A stretch of 64,000 nt of DNA from a virus, in the IMG/VR virus record IMGVR_UViG_3300025168_000036; one strand, given 5' to 3'. Made by a program: the position numbers and the translations under genes. Of this stretch, positions 8,920 to 17,228 are shown piece by piece. Positions within the stretch are counted from its first letter, which is position 1. The number at the start of each line of letters is the position of its first letter. The notes under the pieces were generated by a model, which searched no databases, had not been told where the DNA came from, and saw nothing but the letters and a program-made list of their open reading frames with translations.

Positions 8920-9378
8920 TTAAAATTTTCTTAGCTTTTCACCTATTCTCATCATTCTTTCAGATATCTTATAAAGACCTTTTCTTGTTGACTTCCAATA
9001 CTGCCTATTATCAATACCTTCCTCTGTTTTAAGCTTAATATTTTGATTAATAATTCTTTCAATTTTAATAAGCTTACTGTGCACCTCTTTTATTGCACTA
9101 TTAACTTTATTCTTAGATGTTCTAGACTCATCCTTTTTATAAGCGCTGTATGAAATTTCGTTCATTGCCTTTTGCATCTTCATAAATGTCGATTCCTTAA
9201 CTTTCTTGTAACCTAATACCTCAGCGTTTTTATTCTCATCTTCCTTCTTTTTCTTACTAAATGCATTTGGAGTCTTATATGGGCCCGCTGCAGAAGAAGT
9301 GTTGTGCTCATCCACATCTTCCTTCTTATAGCTTTCCCAGCTTTCTAGAAGCTCATCTAACTTTTTATTTAGTGACAT
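8920..9378 (-). CDS. Hypothetical head-module protein
   Basis: 152 aa; YKTPNAF motif; x-x-E delimited segments. Confidence 0.7.
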   Translation of the reverse strand: MSLNKKLDELLESWESYKKEDVDEHNTSSAAGPYKTPNAFSKKKKEDENKNAEVLGYKKVKESTFMKMQKAMNEISYSAYKKDESRTSKNKVNSAIKEVHSKLIKIERIINQNIKLKTEEGIDNRQYWKSTRKGLYKISERMMRIGEKLRKF

Positions 9379-10219
9379 TTTTTAGCTCCTTAATAAGTGA
9401 ATGTGATCTCATACATGAAAGTATATGTGTTTCATTAATAGACTTTAAGTCTTTTAGCTTAATTAGTTGACTTTTTACTTCATTAAGCTTTATCTTTACA
9501 ATTTTATCATTAACCTTATTACTTAGTAGTGATATTGCCTTAGATATACTTTGTATTTCATCACTTACAACTTCTTTAAGTGAATTTGTATTTGATATAT
9601 TTTCTATATATGCCCTAAGAAGTCTTTTCTGGCTTATACCTAGCTTTGCACCATACTTATCATTAAACTTTTCTAATAATATTTTATATGATAATATTCT
9701 TAGGTCTTTATCGTGCTTGGTAAGCTCATTTTGAACCTCATCAACCCTCTTCTTGTTTGGCTTTGATTCTGTAATGTTTTCTATAATAAAGTATCTAGAA
9801 GACACTGTTTTTGCAGGATTTAGCCCATTTCCTTCAAGCATTCTCCATATCGATGCATTCATCTTATAAGTTGGCACCTTCGTTCTAAAAAAGTCTTCTA
9901 TTATATAACACCTTTTAATCTCCTTAATAAGATTGTATTTTTGCTTATTTAGTAAAGACTTATTTATCTTTTTATACTCAGAGATAACAGTATCAATAAG
10001 CCTTCCAGCCTTTTCACTGTTTGAAAACTTTGTCTTTTGTAGAGTTTGATATAATTCAAGCTCCCTGTTTAGTGATGTTCCTCTTCTAAAGAACTCTTTT
10101 ACTAGTGATACTGCTGGTGAATTCTCATTACCTAGCATCATATCATTAGTTATTTGTCTCACCAATAACTCAAACAGTATGCCTGTATTTTTGTATTTTG
10201 AATGTCTGTCTCTGGCCAT
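9365..10219 (-). CDS. Hypothetical protein adjacent to portal
   Basis: 284 aa basic helical ORF, SD AGGAG, preceded by late motif. Confidence 0.75.
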   Translation of the reverse strand: MARDRHSKYKNTGILFELLVRQITNDMMLGNENSPAVSLVKEFFRRGTSLNRELELYQTLQKTKFSNSEKAGRLIDTVISEYKKINKSLLNKQKYNLIKEIKRCYIIEDFFRTKVPTYKMNASIWRMLEGNGLNPAKTVSSRYFIIENITESKPNKKRVDEVQNELTKHDKDLRILSYKILLEKFNDKYGAKLGISQKRLLRAYIENISNTNSLKEVVSDEIQSISKAISLLSNKVNDKIVKIKLNEVKSQLIKLKDLKSINETHILSCMRSHSLIKELKNVTK

Positions 10220-10252
10220 TAATCTCTCCTAAGTTATATATACTTATATGTT

Positions 10253-10261
10253 ATAAATATC
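10253..10261 (-). promoter_or_regulatory. Putative late promoter GATATTTAT
   Basis: Exact motif in the intergenic gap. Confidence 0.6.
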
Positions 10262-10269
10262 ATCTTATT

Positions 10270-12120
10270 TTATAAATTATCATCTATAAGGTTATTTTCG
10301 TTTAATAGGCCACTTTCGCCTTCTTGCTTATCATTAAATAGTGATCTTACTATTTTTTGATTATTTTCTCTAAAGTTATGTCTAATAGATCTATCTCTAT
10401 TTTTATGATCTGATTTTCTCTTCTTTTTGCCTAATGGGTCTCTACCTCTTGCAGACTTATCTGTTCCTGGTTTTGCCCCATCCTTTGGCCTACCTTGACC
10501 TGGCTTATTCTCTGTCATTTCATCATCTGAAAAGAAATTAGTTACATCTGGTGCATCTGGTTCAAAACCACCGTCTTCTCCTTCGGGAGGCGTACCACCT
10601 TGCTGTAGTGCCCAATCAGTTGAAACAGATATCTTAGATACTTTAGGGTTATTTCCATCTTCAAGCTCATTGTGTAAAAATACCCTTTTTCTATCATCTT
10701 CAACTTCCTTTCTGTTTCTATTCATCTCCTCTTCACTCATATTAAATATATTTTCATATATCCATTTCTCGCCTAACAGCTTTCCAGTTTGTATATCTGA
10801 TGCTAATGTCACTTTACTAGACCATAGCTCTACTTGTTCTTGTTCATATATCTTAGAAGGATTAGTTAAGTTTAGTGAAAAGTTAACTAAGTCTTCTCCA
10901 TCCATACCTTGTGAATGCAAATGCACTATTGCTATCTTAGTTAGCTCAGATGTTACTATCTTCTGTATTCTTTCTATTGTTCTTGCAAACCTTACATCCT
11001 CTGCAGCTAATGTTGCTTTCCCAGATGTTGACTCATCATACCCTAAAAATGCTTTTGGTATCTTTAGTGCAGCAAACATTCTGTTTCTTAGGTACTCAAT
11101 ATCTTCAATGCCTCCAAACTCCATACCGGAAAGAGAGTCTATTTCTGTCCCACTTTGACCTCCTCTAACAGGTAAATAAAAGTCTTCCATCATATTTTGT
11201 AAATTAAACTTAAGGTTATAATTACCAGTATCTTGGTCTATGAATGGAGTCTTTTTCATTGATGTCATAACTCTTTGCATGTATTGGTCTACCTCATTCG
11301 GTGGAATATTTCCAATATCAACCTTAAAAACTCTTTTCTCTGGAGCCCTCATAATTCTATGAATCATCATTGCATCTTCCATAAGAGTTAATTGCTTCCA
11401 GTTTTTTCTAGCACCTTCAAGCATAGACTTACCATAAGGTAAAAAGTTTGCATCACTTAGCATTCTAAGGTGAGCTATTTCATAATTTTCATATTTTACT
11501 GTATTTGAATTTGATGCGCCGTAATTACCTGCACCTCCTAGTGATGGGTCGTGATGGAATAATACAGATTCAGGCTTAGAAGGGTCGAATCCTTCTTCTC
11601 TTAGCATCTCATAAGGTGTAATTGGAATTACATTAGTAACTCCATATTTTTCTGTTATATCTAGTTTAAGATAGAAGTCTCCATATTTAACTAAGTTTCT
11701 TACCCATGGCCATAAATTAAATTCTATATTTAATATGTCATAGAATAAGTTATGTAATATCTTCTGAGTATCATCATTGGAACTCTTTATATTTAGTATA
11801 TCACCATACTCATTCTTCATTGTTGACTCATCAGCATAAATATCTAATGCAGAGGCAATAATAGAATCTTCATCCATCATTTCGTAGTCCGTAAATAGCT
11901 GTAACCTGTGTGTATGATAGTTTTGCTGAAAGTTATATCCTGTATTTCTAGATGAGGTATATAATCTATTAAATCTATCAACCAGCCTATTAGTTTCAAG
12001 GTTTGATGATTGAACTCTGTTTATATCTACTACTTTTAGCTTCTTTTCACCTGTTCTTCTGATTATACTACCAGTAGAAAATAGTGTTTGTAGCCTTCCA
12101 AATAATGTTTTATCTGCCAT
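10270..12120 (-). CDS. gp20: Portal protein (T4 gp20 family)
   Basis: MEDAMMIHRIMRAPEKRVFKVDIGN, EDFYLPVRGG..GTEID.L.G, ALKIPK. Confidence 0.95.
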   Translation of the reverse strand: MADKTLFGRLQTLFSTGSIIRRTGEKKLKVVDINRVQSSNLETNRLVDRFNRLYTSSRNTGYNFQQNYHTHRLQLFTDYEMMDEDSIIASALDIYADESTMKNEYGDILNIKSSNDDTQKILHNLFYDILNIEFNLWPWVRNLVKYGDFYLKLDITEKYGVTNVIPITPYEMLREEGFDPSKPESVLFHHDPSLGGAGNYGASNSNTVKYENYEIAHLRMLSDANFLPYGKSMLEGARKNWKQLTLMEDAMMIHRIMRAPEKRVFKVDIGNIPPNEVDQYMQRVMTSMKKTPFIDQDTGNYNLKFNLQNMMEDFYLPVRGGQSGTEIDSLSGMEFGGIEDIEYLRNRMFAALKIPKAFLGYDESTSGKATLAAEDVRFARTIERIQKIVTSELTKIAIVHLHSQGMDGEDLVNFSLNLTNPSKIYEQEQVELWSSKVTLASDIQTGKLLGEKWIYENIFNMSEEEMNRNRKEVEDDRKRVFLHNELEDGNNPKVSKISVSTDWALQQGGTPPEGEDGGFEPDAPDVTNFFSDDEMTENKPGQGRPKDGAKPGTDKSARGRDPLGKKKRKSDHKNRDRSIRHNFRENNQKIVRSLFNDKQEGESGLLNENNLIDDNL

Positions 12121-12129
12121 AATTTATTC

Positions 12130-13713
12130 CTATTTTATTAACCAAGTTAAGTCTTCGTCTGGGCCTTTATTTCCCATCTTCATCTTCCATGGGTCACTTG
12201 TTAAGTGGCTTGAGTTACTAAATCCTCCTGCACCAGTCTTGCCCATTAATCTTAGCGCATTCTTATTCATTGCCAATCCTTCGTTTCTCAGTTTTAGAGC
12301 TGAGTCTCTTACAAACAGTCCAATTGCGAAGGCCATTACCAAGTCATCATTATATCCACTTTGAGCTTCTGGCCTATTATTTTTCCAAATAAATACAGAT
12401 AGCTCATCTAAGAGTCTTCTTGATCTTACTATAATGTCCTTTTCTCTAAAATAAATATCAAGCTTAGACACTAAAAGTGGTCTAGTCCTCGAAGAAGTTG
12501 TAAATCCTGGAACCATCTGAGACTTATCTTTTAAGTCGTATCCTTTTGTTAAATGTGTTGCAGAGTCAGTAACTCCTTCATGTTTATATGTATAATATAA
12601 ATTTTGGTAGTCTCTATCTATTGCCTGCTGTATTGCTGCCCACCCAACATTTGCGTTTTCTATAACTAGCAATGCATTATTCCATTCGGTAGCTACTGTA
12701 ACTAACATATTCCCAAAATCTTTTGTGCTTGGCTGACCTTTATATTCTGCAACTTGCTTTAAGCCTTGTATGTCTAATACATGAAATGTTGAATAGTCAC
12801 TTCCATCTCCTCTAGATACATCAGCAACTACTACATAATCTTTTGAAAAGTCTGGGTATTCCCATATCCAATAATTGCCATCAACCCCTCTTCTTTCAGT
12901 AGGCTCTTCTGCATAGTTTTCTTTATACCATTCTAGTATTTTAGGTTCGACTACAGATGCACCAGAGCTAATAAAGTCACAGTCACATTCTTGCGCTGCC
13001 ATCTTAGGTCCTAGCAATCCGTCTTGTTTATCTCTCCAATCTTGTTCTCTCTCTGGGTGCAATGACCAGTGGAGCCTAATTGTATTAAAGTCGTTTTCGC
13101 CGTCTTCTGCCTTTACCCATGTTTTATGAAAGAAATTACCAACACCATTTGGTGTAGAAAGTATTATTGCCTTACCACCAGTTGCAAGTGTCTGTTGAGA
13201 TGAAGCCCATATATCATCTATCCTATCAACAAATGCAGCCTCATCAATAATTAATAGCGAAAGTGCCTCTGATCTACCAGCATCTCCGCCAGATGATATT
13301 GCCTTAATTTGTGAGCCATTTGCAAACCTTAAACTTAGCTTATTATCTTCTATTGACTTATTCTTTAACCATGATGGTAAATACTGATGCATTGTTCTTA
13401 CCTTCGTTACAAGGTTTTTTGCTACATCTTGCTTAGTTGCAATTACCAGACAGTTAAAGTCATCTTGAAAGATCATATGCCATAATGATATACCAGCTGA
13501 CAGTGTTGATATTCCTAGCTGCCTAGACTTTAATATAATATTATAGTCATTTGTTGCAAACTCATCTATACACTTCTCTTGGAATGGGAAAAGATTAAAT
13601 AGTATCTTTCCTTTTGTTGGGTGCTGTATATAACAATACTTGCGCATAAAGTGCACCGGATCAGTAGCACACTTTTGATATTCTTTAGCTATTAATTGTT
13701 TGATATTCGACAT
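12130..13713 (-). CDS. gp17: Terminase large subunit (T4 gp17 family)
   Basis: LKSRQLGIST Walker A-like, LIIDEAAF Walker B, STPNG, nuclease DVSRG.G.DYS and NDDLVMA. Confidence 0.96.
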   Translation of the reverse strand: MSNIKQLIAKEYQKCATDPVHFMRKYCYIQHPTKGKILFNLFPFQEKCIDEFATNDYNIILKSRQLGISTLSAGISLWHMIFQDDFNCLVIATKQDVAKNLVTKVRTMHQYLPSWLKNKSIEDNKLSLRFANGSQIKAISSGGDAGRSEALSLLIIDEAAFVDRIDDIWASSQQTLATGGKAIILSTPNGVGNFFHKTWVKAEDGENDFNTIRLHWSLHPEREQDWRDKQDGLLGPKMAAQECDCDFISSGASVVEPKILEWYKENYAEEPTERRGVDGNYWIWEYPDFSKDYVVVADVSRGDGSDYSTFHVLDIQGLKQVAEYKGQPSTKDFGNMLVTVATEWNNALLVIENANVGWAAIQQAIDRDYQNLYYTYKHEGVTDSATHLTKGYDLKDKSQMVPGFTTSSRTRPLLVSKLDIYFREKDIIVRSRRLLDELSVFIWKNNRPEAQSGYNDDLVMAFAIGLFVRDSALKLRNEGLAMNKNALRLMGKTGAGGFSNSSHLTSDPWKMKMGNKGPDEDLTWLIK

Positions 13714-13767
13714 AAAATTACCTTAAGTTAATATAATAAAATTTATTGAAAAATAAAAATTATAGTA

Positions 13768-14166
13768 TTACTTTTTAGCTCTTTTTTCAAGTGATCTACC
13801 ACCAAAATAAGCACCAATAACTGTTATAAGTACCAATTGTAATAAGTCTGTCCACTTTTCTTCTACTACGAACTTAATAGAACCTGCATCAATAAATATC
13901 ATTAATACAGTACATACAACTAAAAATATTAACACTAATGGTCTTACATTTTTTGATAACCATGAATCAGAATTCATATCTGCAGACCAACGATCTGTAA
14001 TGTTTTGCTCCATCTTTGCTTCATGGTTGGCAATTAATTCTTTCATCTTTCTTTTTGCTTCTAGCTTCTCTTCCTTAGATGTTGTTAGGTTATCTAGCAC
14101 TCCACCTACACCTTTAACTAACTCATTAGCTCCTGAGCTAAATATTTTGCCTAAAATTCCTGACAT
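13768..14166 (-). CDS. Holin-like membrane protein (3TM/GTA-holin type)
   Basis: DSWLSKNVRPL, hydrophobic helices, YFGGRSLEK C-terminus. Confidence 0.7.
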   Translation of the reverse strand: MSGILGKIFSSGANELVKGVGGVLDNLTTSKEEKLEAKRKMKELIANHEAKMEQNITDRWSADMNSDSWLSKNVRPLVLIFLVVCTVLMIFIDAGSIKFVVEEKWTDLLQLVLITVIGAYFGGRSLEKRAKK

Positions 14167-14178
14167 AACTTCTCCTTT

Positions 14179-14739
14179 TTAGTATTCAAATGGTGGTGTG
14201 CCATAGTCTTTTTGTTGAATACCATACCATGTGCTACCATTTAGGTAGTACCACCATCCATGCTTATTGTCTTCTATAATCTTAAACTTACCTTTTGGCA
14301 GAGGTGAATCTTTTTTAGAAGCTCTTGCAATGTATTTTAACACAGGGACTCCATCATCCCATGTCTTATCTGTTTTTCTAGCCATTACAGATTTTCTTTT
14401 ATCTGTATTTGTTGCTGTATACACTTTAAATGCTGGATCATCAGCTAAGAAAGACTTAAATACATCTTCATTAATTGACTCATCCATATCAATTGGCTCA
14501 CCTTTAACAGCATCGTTAAATGTAGACTCAGCCTTTTGAACAATTTTATGCATCTTTATCAATGCATCCTTAAGCTTTTCTTTCTTCTTTGGGTCCTTTT
14601 CTGCTACAAAAGCTTTTCTAATCTTCTGTTGCTCCAACTGTACCTTTTGTAGTGCCTCAACTGCTTTAGTAAATCTCTTTGTCATAGAAATTTCTAGAAC
14701 ATTCATTATTTCTTCTTTAATAATATCTTTTACATTCAT
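14179..14739 (-). CDS. Hypothetical protein, putative internal head protein
   Basis: MNVKDIIKEE N-terminus; two halves joined at SINE. Confidence 0.65.
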   Translation of the reverse strand: MNVKDIIKEEIMNVLEISMTKRFTKAVEALQKVQLEQQKIRKAFVAEKDPKKKEKLKDALIKMHKIVQKAESTFNDAVKGEPIDMDESINEDVFKSFLADDPAFKVYTATNTDKRKSVMARKTDKTWDDGVPVLKYIARASKKDSPLPKGKFKIIEDNKHGWWYYLNGSTWYGIQQKDYGTPPFEY

Positions 14740-14748
14740 AGCACTACC

Positions 14749-15747
14749 CTATATATTGTAGAATGACTTTTCCATATCTACTTTTTTAAGATCAGACTTA
14801 AACCTTTTATACTTTGACTGAATGCCTCTAGCATATTCTAGCATTCTCTTTTTATAGTATTTCTCTTCAGACCACTCACCTTCTCCACCTTTTTCCATAT
14901 CTTTCTTCTTGCCTATAGCCATAGCTTTTTCTTCTCTCATAAAGTATTCGAAGTCCCTCATGATATCATCATATGCACTAGATACTGTTCCTAGATAGCC
15001 ACCCCATCCTTGTCCAACCTTTCCTTTTTTAAGCATTGCAACTTTTACATCTAAAGACTTTTTATATTCCTGGTTGATCTTACTAACCATTTTTACAACC
15101 TGGTCTCCAGGTCCTGTATTAGCTAATCTGTCTCGTAATGCTTTTTCATATCTTGTTCTATTTTCTGCTGCAACCTTGCTTGCCGCTACTAGTGCAGTTG
15201 CACCTTGTTTTGCAGCTGATCTATCTGCAGTCTTGCCTGATGTTGAGAAGTCTTTTGCAGCACCTTTATAATCTACATTCCACACTTCATCTGCTAGCTC
15301 ATTAAATCTTTTAAAGTTATTCATCTCCTTAGCATTAACCCCCATTTGTGAGTTACCACTTCTGTAGCCTGATCTCTTTGTAGTTGAGAAAGATTCTCTA
15401 GATGTATATACTACCTTCTTTCCAATAGTAACGCCTATAAGATTAGGTCCATGTATAGTGTCATCCCAGGAATTTTTTGAGTATGGATTTTTTGCTGTCT
15501 TATTAATAAAAAAGAAATTTATACCTTTACTAGTATCTGCGCCTTTCTTTGCAAAGTCATCAGTTACTTGGTCCCAAGCAATTCCGTGTGCATTATGTAG
15601 CATCTGAAATACATCTTTATCTCTACCTCTTAACTTCTTACTTATTGTTGCAATATTCTTAGATGCAAACTTCTCTGTTAATAGGCCTTCTTTAATTAGC
15701 TCAACAAAGCTTTCTTTTATTAAACTTCTTAATTCTTTTTTATTCAT
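14749..15747 (-). CDS. Hypothetical protein, putative internal head protein
   Basis: N-terminus MNKKELRSLIKE...LIKEGLLTEKF; preceded by late motif at 15780. Confidence 0.7.
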   Translation of the reverse strand: MNKKELRSLIKESFVELIKEGLLTEKFASKNIATISKKLRGRDKDVFQMLHNAHGIAWDQVTDDFAKKGADTSKGINFFFINKTAKNPYSKNSWDDTIHGPNLIGVTIGKKVVYTSRESFSTTKRSGYRSGNSQMGVNAKEMNNFKRFNELADEVWNVDYKGAAKDFSTSGKTADRSAAKQGATALVAASKVAAENRTRYEKALRDRLANTGPGDQVVKMVSKINQEYKKSLDVKVAMLKKGKVGQGWGGYLGTVSSAYDDIMRDFEYFMREEKAMAIGKKKDMEKGGEGEWSEEKYYKKRMLEYARGIQSKYKRFKSDLKKVDMEKSFYNI

Positions 15748-15779
15748 CTCTATTTCCCTGTATGTTTTCTGTTATTATA

Positions 15780-15788
15780 ATAAATATC
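15780..15788 (-). promoter_or_regulatory. Putative late promoter GATATTTAT
   Basis: Exact motif, intergenic. Confidence 0.6.
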
Positions 15789-15791
15789 AGC

Positions 15792-16004
15792 TTAGTTCCA
15801 AAATATTAGCTTACCTAGTATCCCTAACACAGCAATCCAAACAGACCATAATGCCCCATTTGCCTTCTTTCTAAAGTCTGTATTTCTATTAACTCTTGAT
15901 ATTGTTCCATCATCTGGATCTAATAATCTTACTTTAATCTCTCTAATGTCTGCCTTAAGCTCTAATAGCTCGGCATGAAGTTGTTCGTTTGTTAGTCTCG
16001 CCAT
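15792..16004 (-). CDS. Small coiled-coil protein with C-terminal TM helix
   Basis: 70 aa ending ALWSVWIAVLGILGKLIFWN. Confidence 0.65.
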   Translation of the reverse strand: MARLTNEQLHAELLELKADIREIKVRLLDPDDGTISRVNRNTDFRKKANGALWSVWIAVLGILGKLIFWN

Positions 16005-16564
16005 TTTTTAGCTCCGTCCTCTAATTCTTTTACTCGATTATTAAATATAGATTTTAACTCTTCTATGCCTTGACCTCCAGTCCACTTCTCGATACTTCCA
16101 TCTTCAGTGACATATTTTTCACCTTCTCTTGTTGATAAAAATTCAACATACTCAGATTGTACATCAGCAATCCATGCATCAAAATTCTTTCCGTGTTCTC
16201 TTTTAAAGAACTCATCCCTTGTACCATCAATTATCATTCTGGTTTCCCACTTTACATGACAATGGAAGCAGTGCTTCATTAGGTTCCATGCACCTTTATC
16301 AAATTTGTGCTTCATCCTAGTATTACACTTAGGGCAACTAATAGGTACTCGTAATACTTGCCTTGCTGCATCTAGCTTTGTAACATTTTGCTTTACACCA
16401 TCCTGGATTGTCCATGTCTTTCCTCTTTCTGTCCAGACATCACCTTCTTGTTTTCTTAATCTTCTTGCTTTATAACCTGTTTGTATTTCTGTAGCTGAAT
16501 TATAGTTTCCTGTTGCCAGGTTTCTCATTCTACTTACTCTACTTTCTTTTATTGACTTTTTCAT
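15992..16564 (-). CDS. Hypothetical zinc-binding protein
   Basis: CPKC...CFHC pair. Confidence 0.7.
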   Translation of the reverse strand: MKKSIKESRVSRMRNLATGNYNSATEIQTGYKARRLRKQEGDVWTERGKTWTIQDGVKQNVTKLDAARQVLRVPISCPKCNTRMKHKFDKGAWNLMKHCFHCHVKWETRMIIDGTRDEFFKREHGKNFDAWIADVQSEYVEFLSTREGEKYVTEDGSIEKWTGGQGIEELKSIFNNRVKELEDGAKKWRD

Positions 16565-16568
16565 ATAA

Positions 16569-17192
16569 CTATATTAAATCCTTTAATTTACCTAATATTA
16601 AACCATCTGCCATTTCACCCTTCCCTTTTGGGTTCCACCAATCTTTTGGCTGGTTCTTTAGCCTTGCAGAGGTCTCTTTATTTCTTTGTGAGTATGATTG
16701 TACTCCATCTTGTGCATTTGTTTTCATTCTTCTATGATAATTTTTTACTTTATCAAGATCATTTAGATTTGTTGGAGAATTCTGCTGTCTTCTATACTTA
16801 CCGCTAGGTTCTGGAGTTCCTGCTTCTGGAGCATCCTCTGGTGAAAGTTGTCCTGCCCACGGCCAAGCCTCTTCATCTCCCGTTGATAGGCTTACATAAT
16901 TTAAGCTTTCTGGGGGAATATGGTATGTATTATCACCATGACCTCTCCAAGTTCTTTGCTCTGGGCTTAGTGGTGGAGTATCATCTCTAAGCTCACCTGC
17001 ATGCTCCTCCTCACTGTCATATATTGAATCTGCAATAGGAAACTGAACTTGTGTCATCCCCTTACCTAAGCCAGATGGTGAGATGTGTCTCTCTCTTCCA
17101 GCCTTAACATATATACCATCAGGCCATGCATCACCACTCGGTAAGCCTACATCTGTAGGTGTATGTTCTAATATCTTTTTCAGCTTTATCAT
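16569..17192 (-). CDS. Hypothetical protein, putative internal head protein
   Basis: MIKLKKILE N-terminus; late motif 5 nt upstream of the ATG. Confidence 0.65.
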   Translation of the reverse strand: MIKLKKILEHTPTDVGLPSGDAWPDGIYVKAGRERHISPSGLGKGMTQVQFPIADSIYDSEEEHAGELRDDTPPLSPEQRTWRGHGDNTYHIPPESLNYVSLSTGDEEAWPWAGQLSPEDAPEAGTPEPSGKYRRQQNSPTNLNDLDKVKNYHRRMKTNAQDGVQSYSQRNKETSARLKNQPKDWWNPKGKGEMADGLILGKLKDLI

Positions 17193-17197
17193 ATAAT

Positions 17198-17206
17198 ATA
17201 AATATC
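17198..17206 (-). promoter_or_regulatory. Putative late promoter GATATTTAT
   Basis: Exact motif. Confidence 0.6.
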
Positions 17207-17228
17207 TTCTTTTAACTTAAAAGTGTTA

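Noticed and set aside
2642-13713. Inteins or introns in capsid, portal or terminase
   Set aside because: Genes are of normal length and uninterrupted; no splicing or homing-endonuclease motifs seen.
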